Shown here: piece by piece, positions 25,899 through 40,800 of the stretch
How positions within the stretch are numbered: the first letter of the stretch is position 1
How the letters are laid out: each line of letters opens with the position of its first letter
Assembly: GCF_037042905.1 (NCBI RefSeq)
Contig: NC_087250.1
Location: 4,900,001 to 4,964,000 of the forward strand
From: Lytechinus pictus
Lineage: Eukaryota
DNA: 64,000 nucleotides
Direction: 5' to 3'
Translations under genes and position numbers: made by a program
The notes under the pieces: model-generated
The model's input: the letters and a program-made list of their open reading frames with translations, nothing else
Told to the model about the DNA's origin: nothing
The model's database searches: none

Positions 25899-28800
25899 TA
25901 CCATCATCACCACCATCACCACTATCATCACCATCATCACCACCATCACCACTATCATCACCATCATCACCATCACCATCATCACCACCATCATCATCAC
26001 CACCATCACCATCATCACCACCATCACCACTATCATCACCATCATCACCATCATCATCACCATCACCATCATCATCACCACCATCATCACCACCATCACC
26101 ATCACCACCATCATCACCACCATCACCATCATCACCACCATCATCACCATCACCATCATCACCACCATCACCACCATCATCACCACCACCACCATCATCA
26201 CCACCATCACCATCATCACCATCATCAACATCATCATCACCTCCACCACCATCATCACCACCATCATCATCATCACCACCACCACCACCACCACCACCAT
26301 CATCATCATCACCATCATCCTCATCACCATCATCACCATCATCATCATCACCATCATCAACATCATCACCATCATCATCATCATCATCACCACCACCACC
26401 ATCATCACCACCATCATCACCATCACCATCATCACCACCATCACCACTATCATCACCATCATCACCATCACCATCATCACCACCATCATCATCACCACCA
26501 TCACCATCATCACCACCATCACCACTATCATCACCATCATCACCATCATCATCACCATCACCATCATCATCACCACCATCATCACCACCATCACCATCAC
26601 CACCATCATCACCACCATCACCATCATCACCACCATCATCACCATCACCATCATCACCACCATCACCACCATCATCACCACCACCACCATCATCACCACC
26701 ATCACCATCATCACCATCATCACCATCATCACCATCATCACCATCATCACCACCATCACCACCATCATCACCACCATCACCATCATCACCACCATCACCA
26801 TCATCACCACCACCACCATCATCACCACCATCACCATCATCATCACCACCACCACCATCATCGACCCCAGCATCCCTTCTCCTCACCTCTGTATCTGAAG
26901 ACGTTCTTAGCAGCCTGGCAAGGGCCGGTATCCCACCGTTAGCTTTGATCTTGACTTTGTTCTCTTCGTGTTTTTTCCCGTAGCTAAGGTTCCTCAACGA
27001 GCCACACGCTGTGCGGTGGATCTCGGGTACGGGGTTGCCAAGCAACCCGACCAAAGGTTGGATACCACCCATTTCCCTGTAGAGAGAAGAAGGACGAATA
27101 TCATTTCACTACACAATCATCATGTTTTAAGTACATGTAATTAGTGTTGAAATTAAACGTACAAAATACCATCGGCAAGATAACATATCTCGCCATGTTA
27201 CCATTATAAGGCTATTTCCTATCTGACAGTTATTTGCTCTTCGCCCAATGAGATGCAAGGATTTACAGTAGCTTATAACGACTGTCATCACGGCAAGTTA
27301 CGCCGTTATTATCTACAACCTACATGTATCTTGCCATGACCATATGTAGATTTTTATAAGTCGACTTGGAAAAATATATTAAATAAAAAAGTTAGTGAAC
27401 CCCACCACAAAATGCACTCCTACAAAATGTACATGCTGAGTGTTGTATGTAGACTATCACGCTTCAATGTCCGGCGAGCCCAGAGAAACAAACTCTATTG
27501 AATGGAATATTTTATCACCTGACTTCACAATTAAATATCTAAAACATGGCGGAACCTTAACACTTTAAATGCGTTCATTTTCTGGTGGGGTTCACTAACT
27601 TTTGAGCACCACTGAATAATTAATTCTGATTAAATACAGGTATGCATGTAATTTGCTGAATAATCGTCCCAACTAGTTTTCATGAAGAAAACTTGACTTT
27701 GAGCTGTCTATTCCTTGTCGGTACGGGTTAAGGCTGATAAAAAACAATCATAAAATAAATCTTTCCATTTGGACAATATTCACTAAAACCGAGGAGGGAT
27801 TATCGATCAAAGCCAGATTTCCAAACTTTTTTTGAGGAGTTTACAATGGTTGGGGAGCCCAGAGAAACAATCTTTATTGAATGTAATATTCTATCCCCTG
27901 ACTTCACAATTAAAAATCTATAACATGGCGGAACTTTAACACCTTAAATATGTTCATTTTCTGGTGGGGTTCACTAAACTTGTTAACACCACTGTACATA
28001 TAATACTGGATGGATACCTTGTCTTTCTTTTGATGTCATCGTTCTGGTAGGAGAGATGCTGTATGTAGCCTGCTGCGTGTGCCACAATGGACTGGTTAGG
28101 ATGACCCAGGTAATCAATCACTTCCTGTAGGTCAGGGGCCCTCCATTTGCCATCACCTACAAAGGTCAAAGAAAAAGAAAAAAAGGGTCACCAAATTATT
28201 GGGGTTTTTTCTCTCTCTTTTTAAGTTATTCCTGGGCTTGAAGTAAAGGGGGGGGACTGCCCTGTTGACATACCTCACCCATTGTCATTGGAGATTTGGT
28301 TTTCCACTTTTTTTTATTGGAAAATTTGAAAAATTGGAAATTGGAAAAATTTGAAAATTTGTGCAGTAGAATAGAGATGTGTCTTAAAATGGGGAAATAC
28401 ACTTGGTCGTACAGAGGAGCATTAATTCAAACACATAACAGTTGATCAGTTGTCTTGGAACACACATACAGTGCCAATAAAGTGAGCTGGTTAAACTTCA
28501 AATGAAAGCAGACAATTTTCAGAAAAAATATATATAAAGTGATGAATTCGGTACCAACCAGTGTTCTAGCTAGACCTAGTGACCAGTGGCTGCTATTTCA
28601 CGGCATTACCAAGTTTTTCGTTTCAGGACGAGTTAGTGGTCTTAAAGCCAAAAGTGAAGGAACATCAAGTAATAACAATCTGACATTGGCAAATCTTTGA
28701 AAATAAACAAATATGAACGCAAGAGCAATTCCTCTTTTCAAGGAGTTAGTTTTGAAACACTTTTCATTTGAAACTAGTAGTGGACTGGAAGCAGTGTTTA

Positions 28801-31800
28801 TGTGAGTAGTGGTCAGAAATCTTCTGTGCTGGTTGGGCCCGACCACTGCCGTCCACTGTAGCTATAACACTGGTACCAACTTATATTTGAGATTGCCTTT
28901 GAGGTACATGTATGTGTATTTGGTATTCCTTATAAGGACAGCAAATCTAACATTGCAATGTTGTTAAGTTTTACTATGAAAATAAAAATGAAAATGTTTT
29001 TTTTTTAATCAAAGTTATAATATCACCAAACAGTATACAGTGTACATGTGTATACATATGAGGTAAAACATTATAAATGTGCACTATTTCATGCAGTGAT
29101 ATTCAAGTTGAAATAAATCTTTACAAGACATAACATGACAAGATCAAGGAACGACCACAGGCTTGCAACCAACAAATGTAAATTGATTAATGACAAGATA
29201 GAGCATATAAAGACAAATCACTGTTACTTGAAATACATATACATTAGGAACATAAAGAATGATAAAGCATGAAAATAAAATTGCATTAGTTTTTTAAATA
29301 TTGAAAAGCTGAGACACATGCATGATCACAAAAAAAAAACACAAAATGGCAACTCAAGAATTCACTGTGTCCATAATTTGGTACATTTAGTCTCATATTT
29401 TAAAAGTTTGGGATCAAGGACTCTTCCAATATTAATCGACATGTAAATAGCAATTTGCCCACTCCGCCCCCCCCAAAAAAAATTGATTGAGCATAATTCA
29501 TTTCCATGCATATTGGTACACGAGGGAATACTTTATAGCTTCTTCATCTCTTCTTGCCATGTCATCCCCTATTCAAAGACTTGTCAGATGTTTCATTGGA
29601 TGATTCATCCAACAGTTACCATATGAATTGTGCTTCTCAGCAGCCAATAAAAATGAAGGAAAGTGTGGCAGATCTGATGAATTTTACAGACGACAGATAT
29701 TGATGAGACGCTCCCCGGGTGTGTCCAGGTCTTTTAGGAATTGAGTGAGACTGTGACAGACGAACAGTCTATCTTGAGGATCATTTTTCAACAACAAAAA
29801 AATTGAATGGATTTTGATCTCTTGGGATATTTAGTGAAAACAGTAACAACAACACCACCACCATGAAACTATACATAAAAATTGAAATACATAAACAAGA
29901 TTTAACATAGCATGCAAGTGTAGACATCGTGAGTACTGTACATTGTATACTAGTATCTGTCTCACACTACGCGATCCAATTGTGATCCAAATTGTGATCC
30001 AATTATGACCCAATTATTGAACAAATCATATCATACTTTGCATTAAATATAAGTTTAAAAAGCGGAATTATTTTTATTCTTGTATTTGAATTTGAAAGAA
30101 TGCTCAGAATTCTAAATTCAGACTTCCACTTGAAGCCTAGTGGTTGGTGCAAAGTCAAAATCGGCTTCAAACTGCAGTGGAGGGGAATTTTGCTTTGACG
30201 TCACTGCAATTTGTAAACAAATGTGCATTTATTCCTCCAGATAAGCTTGCTAGAAATTACAGAATACAGCCTGAAATTTCAATAATAGTCTTCATTTTAT
30301 ACCATATCTTTGGAACTTTGATGATTGAAATTTTATAGGTTAGAATTTTGATAATATGCCATCAATTTTTTTCCCCAAATTGGATGGAAAATGGATCACT
30401 AATGCTATGTACAGTCTCATTTCCCCTACGGCAAGTCGAAAACAGCGGGTTTCAATCATTTGTATTCAAACCACCTATATGTAGCTGATAGGGACAGTGA
30501 TTTTCCGTTTTACCGGTAAATAAAACGGAAATTCCGTTTGGTTCTTATACATTTCATGTACAAATTCATGGAATTCACCTTTGCAAAACGGAATTCAGGT
30601 TTTTGCTGTGTACATTTTCAGTGACAAAACAGAATTTCTCTTTTTAGATCAAGTTGAAACGGAATTACAGATTTTCAGAAATGGAAAAGACAATTTTTTT
30701 AAACGAAAAATCACTGGCTGTTTTTGACTCTCGGTAACGCTGCCGTAGAGCAAATATGACTGAGGTACATGTGTAAGTGTGTGACTGGCTTAAGATATGA
30801 ACAGGGGACATTTTGTAGAGAAGTTTCTCACCAAAACTACTCAAAGATGACCGAGAAGACTTTCTTGATAAGAGGTCTTGATAGGTTGGGAGGTGGTGGT
30901 GATAGTGGCCAGAAAGGTATTTGGAGGGCCGGAAAATGAGTTGCGCTGATGTTAGGTTGCGTGTAAGAAGGAAATTGCATGTTAGGAAGAGATATAAAGA
31001 GAGCAAGTGTGAAAGGGGAATGGAAGTTACAGTGTTAGATTGGGTTAGAAATAGAAGAACAGTTCACATATGAAAGTTAATCCTGAACCATGTTCACATT
31101 TACAGAAACATCTTAAAGGAGAATGAAACCCTTGAAACCAGCTGAATCCATATCAAAGAGAAAAATCAAAGAAACATATTGTTGAAAGTTTGAGGAAGAT
31201 TGAATGAATAATAAGAAAGTTATGAGCATTTGAATATTGAAATCACTAATGCCATGTAGATCCTCCAATTGGCAATGCGACCAAGATCTGTGATGTCACA
31301 CACGTACAACTCCCTCATTACTTTAGTACTTATTTCACTTATATTCTCACTTTTATAGAGTCTATCACAAGGTGAGGTGTTCTCTTTATGAGAGGACAAG
31401 TACAGAGGTTTCACAACATTATATCATTGATGAATCGTTTGTCATATGATTAGAATGAGCAAAAAGAGATGTTTTGGGGTATATTTTCAGTGTCCAAAAG
31501 GGGAGAGTTGTTCATCTGTGACATCATAGATCTTGGTCGCATTGCCAATAGGAGGATCTCTATAGCATTAGTGATCTCGACATTCAAATGCTCATAACTC
31601 TTCTACTGCTAGTCCTATTTTACTCAAAATTTTTTTGATCTTATTCTTTGATTTTTCTGCTTTCACAAAAGCTAACTTGCTCCGAGAGTTTCATTCTCCT
31701 TTAATGAATGTCAATAATTAGTATGTAAATGAATGCAAGAGATACACATGTAAGATTAAAGAGACATAAATATTCAATAAAAAACAACAATAATTACATG

Positions 31801-34800
31801 TGCATGTTGGAAAGCCTATTAAGAAATTCTATTTGCTCATATGAACATAAATGTGATATAAAAATGTTCGCCATATGATCACGAACTAATAAAAAAATAT
31901 TAAAATCTGACCTATTTATATATGCCATAATTCCTTGCAAGCTCACTTGCCTTTCACAATTCAAATAAAGTTTTATTTGTAAAGAAATTTTATTCGTTCA
32001 TGAACATAAATGAAATGATCACCATATGATCACAAACTTACCATAAAAAAATTGAAATCTAAACATATTTATATATGCCAAAATATTTCCTTGCAAGCTC
32101 ACTTCAAAAGTTATAACTTTCCAAAATTTTAAATGATAGTACAGCCTGGAGATGGAGAATAACTTTTTCAAACATCTAATATACAGTTACATATTCATTC
32201 ACACAGGATATGTATCTTTGATGACATGAACAACAAATGTTATGAGCATAATTTTCTTTTAAAGACACCATCATGGTTATGACTGCAACAAATGTTTTTC
32301 ATGTGGATGGTAAGGCTAGAACACATTTACTGAGTATCTTAAAGAGGATACCTTGGCTGTCAGGCTCAAATTCACTCTGTTGGTTTTCCACAAATTCAGC
32401 TACAAGAACTTGAATATATGGTAAAATAAAGTGATAAAGATCTCTTCATGTATGCTATTAGTCTAAATACACAAATTAACTACCGGTCTGCATTGTTAGT
32501 GATTTTTTTTTTTAATCTGACTTCAACATACCTCCGCATCATCAGATCTTTTAATTTATTCATTTTTTGTTGAGGTCACAGTGATCATTTTGGGGTACGC
32601 ATTTATAAAAGATGCAGAAAGAAGCTTCAAACAAAATTCAGCTTTGAGAATTTGAGGCTAGTTTTGAGATTTTGGAAAGCTATCTTTATTGTGCTGCTAC
32701 CATAAAGTATACATACAAATTTACTATGCATTGTTAGTGATTTTATAAACTGACTACAATACAGCTCGGCCATCGCCAGATCTATTATTTACTTATTCTT
32801 TTTATATTCACAGTGAGCATTTTGGAGGCTTAGATTTGCTGATAGTATATTAAAAGATTCAGAAAGAAGCTTTAATGAATGCATGTAGCCAGGAAGGTAC
32901 TGGCGATTTAAAACCTGAGGACTCCCCTCAGAAAAAAAAAATATATATGTGCCTTAAAAAGCAAACAAAGACCTGTTATATTTTCTTACACATGAACGTG
33001 TTATCCTATTTTGTATTTTCTAGTAAATTTTGAAAATAGGCCGGGGCGTCTTTCATCTCAAGCCCTAGCAACTGACCGGCCGATGAAAACAATGCACTAG
33101 CGACCCGTACAGCAGTGCGGCGTTTTGGCATGACTAGAATGCACGATACACAAACATCGCATTCATACTTTGTGCTGAACGTCATAATAATCGGGTCTAC
33201 CCATTTCGTTTTCTAGTTCACAAATCTTTTTGGAATTTTCAGTGCTGTTTCGGACATTATTCTAATACTTTCTTCTTATCGCACTAAGGTCAGTGCTGTC
33301 GTCGTTAAACTGGATGTGACGTCACTCTGCCCCGGCCTATAAGGTTCAAATACATAGCAATGATAAAAGCAAATAGATGAGTTGCCCCAGTCTTCCCTAT
33401 TCTTTAATATATTTTCTAGTAAATTTGGATGATAATAGTAAATACGTGTAGATGAGTTGGTTCCTCCAACCCATCCACCGACTTACTAACCCTTTCAATA
33501 CCAACGGATTTCAATGGTACATAGATTTCCAATAGACCCTAGGTCATGTTTTTTGTCGCATAGGGAAAAATGTGTTAAAAACAAAAATAAGAAATACATA
33601 CCCACAATGCATTTCTAACAACTGACCTTTTTCTGGGGGTATGAACGGATCATGTGAGGGCGTCCTATCGAGTGTACCGGCCGGCGACCTGTCGTTAAGG
33701 TCAGGGTCGTGACCTCTGTTGTCGGTGTCATAATCATCGTAAGGCTGCCGTGACGACACGTACGGGTCCTCTTCTATTTCAACAAAAGTTAAAAAGGTGA
33801 TGATAAAGAAGAAAAGGAATAGAAAACGGTTCATTTCACGAGGGAGGGGAGGGGGGGGGGGGTGATTACAGTACTAGGAAAACATTGAATTTCGTGGCTG
33901 AAGTCATCAAAATTTCCCCGCAATCAGGAACAAAAGTACTACTGTACATGTATATCAGTGAAAATTGACATATTCTTGATGTCGATCTACATGTAGGTAC
34001 AAAACATGAAGACAAAATCAACCCTTTAGATGGATAATGCATTAGGTATTAAAAGTAAATGTTAAATTGACTACACATAGCAAAGGCTATGATATGGATT
34101 ATACAGATTAGTAATTACAATGCTTGAAAATTATTTTTTTGAGAGAGAGAGAGAAGGTACATGAACAGTTTGAATGGGAGGTGGGACCGCACACGTGAAA
34201 CACGGCAAAATATGGTGCATACAAAACAATATACAAAACAACACAAGAAAGTGCATCATTTGATATTTAAAGGTCAGATCCACCCTAGGAAAATGCCGAC
34301 TTGAATAAATAGAGAAAAATCAAACTAGCATAGTGCTGAAAATTTCATCAAAATCAGATGTAAAATAAGAAAGTTATGACATTTTAAAGTTTCGCTTATT
34401 TTTCACAAAACAGTGAGTCGATGATGTCCATCACTCACTATTTCTTTTGTTTTTTATTGTTTGAATTATACAATATTTCATTTTTGTTTAAAGATTTGAC
34501 AATAAGGACCAACTTGACAGAAACATATAGTATTAAACAATGCTAATTCCACATGTTCAGGGAGGAATTAATCGGTGTATCACTTGACAACAAGTAGAAA
34601 ATTATAATATTTCATATTTCATGTAATAAAAAAAATACAAAACAAATATTGAGTGGATGACATCAAAGTCTCTTCATTTGCATACCAGCCAGGATGTGCA
34701 TATAACTGTTTGGTGAAATTAAGCAAAAATTTAAAATGTCATAACTTTCTCATTTTACATCCGATTTTGATGAAATTTTCAGTGTTATGCTTGTTGGATG

Positions 34801-37800
34801 TTTCTCTTTTTATTCAAATCAACATTTTGTTTGAGTGGACTTGTCCTTAAAAAAAAAGTGAACTACATGTATTCTCTAATAGTCAAGCGGTACGTGCCTT
34901 CCAGGAGATCATCCAGACTCTGCGTCTTCTGCAGAGGGGCGAACCATGCACTCACTTTATCCATCTTAACATTCAAGATCTTCATGGAGTATTCAGTTCT
35001 TCAATCTCATATAGTCATGATTGAGTTTTAATTTGTAAGACTGCGATAGGAGGTCAGCCTGCATGCAGTATATTCACCAAAATGTGGTATATTTGGTTTG
35101 TCTTCTACTTGAGTATGTGCATTGTAAAACTTTGTAATATGTTCCCAGGAAAATGTGATCTATAAAGTGCACATCATAAAGTTCCTTGGAAAAGGTGTAA
35201 AGCCATAGGTCCTCGGTTCCCTGCTGATTTATCACATGTACGGCTCCTATAAGGAGTCAACTGCTGATCTTGAAAATATCACAGAGTATACATGTATGGA
35301 TATTCCAGTACAAGTCTCAAGCCAGGTGCGAGAGTTGTAGAGAGGCTCGAAAGACAGTATTCTTTGAATCAATGATGTACAAGTTTGTCGTTTATCAAAT
35401 GATATTCCAAATATTCCTAGTACATTTCTGAGCAAACTCCCTCGTTAAAGAGTAGCAAGAATGTTTGAAAAATTCTCCTTTGCTCCAGAGAAAATATCAC
35501 TGAGTGCATTCATGGATATTCCATTTCAAGTCGCAAGCCAAGTGCCAGGGTTGTAATGAGGCTCAAACGACAGTAAAACTTCTTTGGAACAATGATATAA
35601 AAGTTTGTAGTTCAACAAATGATGTTCCAAATGTTCCTAGTATATTTTCAAGCACACATAGTAGTACCACAAAGGGTAGTACAAAGAATAGATTCCAATA
35701 GAAAAAATACACGTATCAGCACATGAATATTCCATAACAAGTCACTACCCAAGATCGATTCGACAGGCTCTTAAGGCATAAATGATGCATCAACAGGGAA
35801 TAATTTTCCTGGTATCGCATCGCAATTTGCTCCACATTTTTCAACAGACTGCCATGCATGAAGTCTTTCGTATAGCATATTTTTACATAGGACTGTTCAT
35901 TATTTAGTTGAGAGCTTTCCTCTTACGACCAAAAGTGCTATTCAAATTTGTAAAGCAAAATTATTCCCTGCATCAATGATGAACGATATTTCCACATGTT
36001 CATACATGTAGTACTGAATCTTTCCAAGCAAACGTCCACAAATACATAGTAGAAGAAACGTATGCAATTTTTATGCATTCCACGATACTACATGTACAAG
36101 GAAAATCGATGCCACAATTGCGCAGTGTTTTGCTGAAATAAAAATGGTGTGAAGCGCACCTGGTGGTTCCTTTCACTGTGCTTTAATACTTGAAAATCTC
36201 CTTTCCATCCAATTACAAGCTCGTTATAACAATCTGTCATGCCGATGATCACTTCACACAATAAAACCTTGAATACAGGATCAGTGGTTTTCTCATCAAG
36301 GCGAGCATATCGTTGGCAAATTAAACCAGCAGACATTGTAGGCTATTGAACTGGCAGACACATGTTTGGCTATTAAACCAGTTAAGAAATCGGAAAAGGC
36401 TCCTACATGTATTCAGTTGATCTTGTAAGCTCGAATGTACATAAACCAGGAATCATTTAAAGATTTGATTCCAATATTCTCAAGTGGACTTATCCTAATT
36501 TCAAAGGAGAAAAAGTAGAAATATTTCCAGTGAAAAGAATTGCATTTATGGCAAACATTAAATGTCCATCTGTCTATCAACTAGGGATGAATCAAAACAT
36601 TTGAACGCAAGCGTGGGCAATTATAAGCAGACATTGTCGGGCTATTGAACCAAAGACGAATATTTGTCTATTACCGATTCCAGTTCAAAAATCGGACAAC
36701 GCTCGTACATGGATTCAGCTGGTCTTGTAAGCTCAAATGTACATAAAACCAGGAATTAATCACTTTATTTCAATATTCCCAATTGGACTCATCCTAATTA
36801 TCAAGGGGTAACGCGAAGAAATATTTCCAGTGATAAGAAATGCATTTATGGCAAACATTAAATGTCCATCTGTTCGTCAACTAGGGATGAATAAAAATAT
36901 TTGAATGCCATCATTGGTAATTACATGAAAAACAAAAAACAATGTTGACTACTGAACCGTCAGACACATCTTTGTCTATTAAACCGATTCCAGTTAAAAA
37001 ATCGGACAAAGCTCAAACATGGATTCAGTTGGTCTTGTAAGCTCAAATATACATAAACCAGGAATTATTTAAAGAATTTATTTCAATATTCTCAAGTGGA
37101 CTTATCCTATTTTAGAAGAAAAAAAAGAAATATTTCCAGTAGATATGCATTTATATGGCAAATATTAAATGTCCATCTGTCCATCATTTACATTGTACAA
37201 TTTTTGTATGTTTTTTATGGCCAAATAAATAATAATAATAAAATAATCAACTAGGAATGAATCAAAAAATTTGAACATAATCGTTGGTAATTAAACCAGC
37301 GGACATTGTCTGGCTACTGAACCGTCAGACACATCTTTGTCTATTACCGATTCCAGTTTAAAAATGGGACAAAGCTCTTGCATGTATTCAGTTGGTCTTG
37401 TAAGCTCAAATGTACATACACTAAGAATTCACTATCATCTGATTCTACCAAAGAGCTTCTACTATTCCCTCAAATGTTGCACCCGAATTAAAGTAGTAAC
37501 ATGCTGAAATGTCTCCAGTGATAAGAAATGTCTTTTAAACAAACATAAACCGGATGACCAATTGTTAAACAAAGACTGAGTCAAAATGTTTGAACCTCGT
37601 TCCAAAACTGATAGAAAAACATCGCTTTCCAAATTTGACCCTATAAGGAAAAAAAAAAGAAAAATGAGCAACAGAAACAACCAAAAGATCAATTCAGAAT
37701 TTTATCATTTTTTTGTCAGAAAAGAAGAAGCAGAAGCTTTGGTGATAGTAAAACAAAGCAAAACAATATTCCAGATAATACAAGTATGTTGTGTAAAAAT

Positions 37801-40800
37801 CCACCTCAATGTAAAAAAAGCGGGGAATTTCTCCTCCAAGAACAAACGGAACTCTACGAAATTAGTACCTGTAGTCCATTACATGTACATTAATCCATTA
37901 CAATAAAGTGCAAGTGGCATGGCTGAGCGCACAGACTGATCAACAACCAAAAGTGATATTTGAAAAATAAATGGCGGACAAGAGTTGATCATCACCATAT
38001 CATAGACACATATCCGAATTATCGCTGATTCTTAATGATAATCGCCCTTCAAAGCGTACGATGTTTCAGGACAGATAGTTAGCACAATCAATAATACTAT
38101 AATTTGTATCCGCATATGAAACAGCTGCAAGGTGTTACAACCTTCTGTGTATAATTATGAAATAATATACCTGTACCGGACTCATGTCTGTATGCTGAAT
38201 AGCTACAATGTATGAATATATCTATTATGTGTAATTAGATAAACACACACTAAGCTACTGTATGACATCATAATTTTTTTCCCAAGTAATGTCCCTCACA
38301 TATTTGGTTAACCCATACAGCCTTGGACAATATGACTGGGCACTTGTGTTCAGATGGCATCTAATCAGCCAGGGCATTTAATGTGTTAACTGTGTACTTG
38401 TATGGGAATCTTCTATCTGTGTAAACACACCTTTGAACTGTGAAGGTCTATACGTGAATACATGCATTTCTCTTTCTATGAATGTGATTGAAAAATAATT
38501 GAAGTATAATGTGGGTTGGCGACCGTCATGTATCATCACAAAGACTGTAAATGGCTGCGTCATATTTGTGTTGGTATATAAATAGGAATGGGATGAAAAC
38601 ATGAAGGCCCTGTTCACAATATATGAAATAGATGGGAACTCTACAGTACCTCTTATAAAAAATAATAAATTTACATTTTTAAATAATTCACAACTTAATT
38701 AATAAATCTTTTGATTCACTTCCTTTAATACAAAACTGTAGGTATTTTGATATAATTCTTTATTCTTGATGATTCACTTTTAATTGATTTTTTTTTAAAT
38801 ATGGATATTTTGAAATTGATACTTTTTGACATTGTTTTTTTTTTCTTTATTTTTTGCCCAATATCTTCATTTAACAAACTATTTCAATTCATTTGAGTTG
38901 TTTTGTCCCAATATACAGACCTGCTAACCTCTGGGAATGACAAATTGTATTCTGTGATTTAAAAAAAATGTATTTTTCCCCAAAAAACTGTATTTCATAA
39001 TAAAATGTTTGGCGCGCACGCTCATAGCGGCGCTCAAGCTGCATGCAAGCTAAAATGCGCACTGCTCTTGCAGATGAAAAAAAAAAACATTGAAAATGTG
39101 TATATCTCACCCTGGTTTTAACAAAACGATTGAAAAAAAAAAAGGTAGCAGAAATTACATTGATCCAATAACAATATTTGTGTAAGTTTTAAGAAGTAGA
39201 TATATATAGAGATGATTTTTCTCAATTGTATTTTTACAAGAAAAAATGTACTATCGTATTTTGGCTGCAAAAACGTACTAATTACGCCAAGACGTACTGG
39301 TTGGCAGCTCTGAATATATTCACTACATCAGATATCAAAACATGTCTCCAGGTACATTCATGCAGTACTTATATAACACTGCATCTTTAATTCATTTTGT
39401 TTTCATCAGTGAGAATGACCCCCTGTTAAATGTAAATTATGTCAATGTCATCATAAATGCGAATAGTCCAAGGTTCAAGATGAATTCCCGAAAACAAACC
39501 CAATAAACAAATATACAGGATCTACAAATAGAAATGACATTAAAATGAAACTACCAAATGAATGTCTCAGGCATGAGTGAAACTAAAAGGAATTCCACCT
39601 CGCTGCACAAGTTGAAAAATGGTTCACATATTAAAAAAAGTGACAATGCCAAATTGAGTATTTGTTATATTTGAACAATATTTTGTCACTAAATGAGAAT
39701 CACTTTTGTCTAACCAGGATGTGCATTACATGTACGTGCAACCAGGCATGATTCTTTTTTTAGGTACGGACTTTCAATAATAATAACAAGACCTAATAGA
39801 TAACAATGGAATGAAAAAGGCTGTGAGAGAAGTTTCTATAATGCAAATACATTGGTAGATAATAATCAAATGTCAAAAACAAGAAAATGAGTGTGGGATA
39901 TTTATTTCTGTTTGCTTGATTATTGTTATAATTTTCATTATTTTGTAAATTACACAAAACTGTTTATATCCGAAATAACAAGATATGCTTGTTAAGGAAA
40001 CAGTAATAAAAAAATTATTCACTATCTAAAAATGAACTTCAATACATTACAATTAGTACCATTTTTGCTACCAAATTACAGCATTTATTTTTCCAAAATT
40101 GTATCCTATTGAGAAATATTGTCTCTATTATATCTCTAATTCATAAAACTTAAACAAATTTAGGTAATTGGATGTACAATGTACATGTATGTAATCAAAG
40201 GTAATGTGTAGGTCATTGTTTCAGAATACAGTTTCTCATTCCGAAAAGTTGGTAGGTTTGGTTTTAAGGGCCTCGTTTCACTAGTAATTCCTTTTTTTCG
40301 TTGGAATTTCGTCTTTTATTTTAATTTGCTTTTCGATTTGATCTTTTTTTTTTTCATTGCAAAAGGTTCACAATTCTCGTACCAGTGCTATACATGTACA
40401 TCATCACAATACCAGCTTTGGTTATGCAATGTCAGCAAATAAAATGGCTATTCAATGTCAAGTAGCAACTTGTTATGAGGTATTGTAAGTTTTGATCATT
40501 CTTTATCAGTGAAATCCACCAGAAGATAAACAGTAAGGCCCATATTCTGAAGTCAGGTTTAACTTAGACCATGGTCTAACTCTGTGCTAAAATTATGGGA
40601 AGCCAAATATGTCAAAATTACGTTTTCATTGAATGCTTCTAATGTTCCCTGTGCTCTTTCTTAATTTTTTTATGGTGAAGGCAACTATCTTATTCATTCT
40701 TCCCAGACAATTAAGAATTATTTGAGACTAAATGAGCTGATATATTCAACCTCTTTTGTTTCAGAATTATGCCACAACTGGCTTCCCATAGTTAAACCAC

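Noticed and set aside
25284..27072. 556-aa ORF fusing an ARM exon to a poly-D/G tail, and overlapping ORFs
   Set aside because: Read-through of a good GTGAG donor into a microsatellite; the ARM repeat resumes at exon 25283-25330
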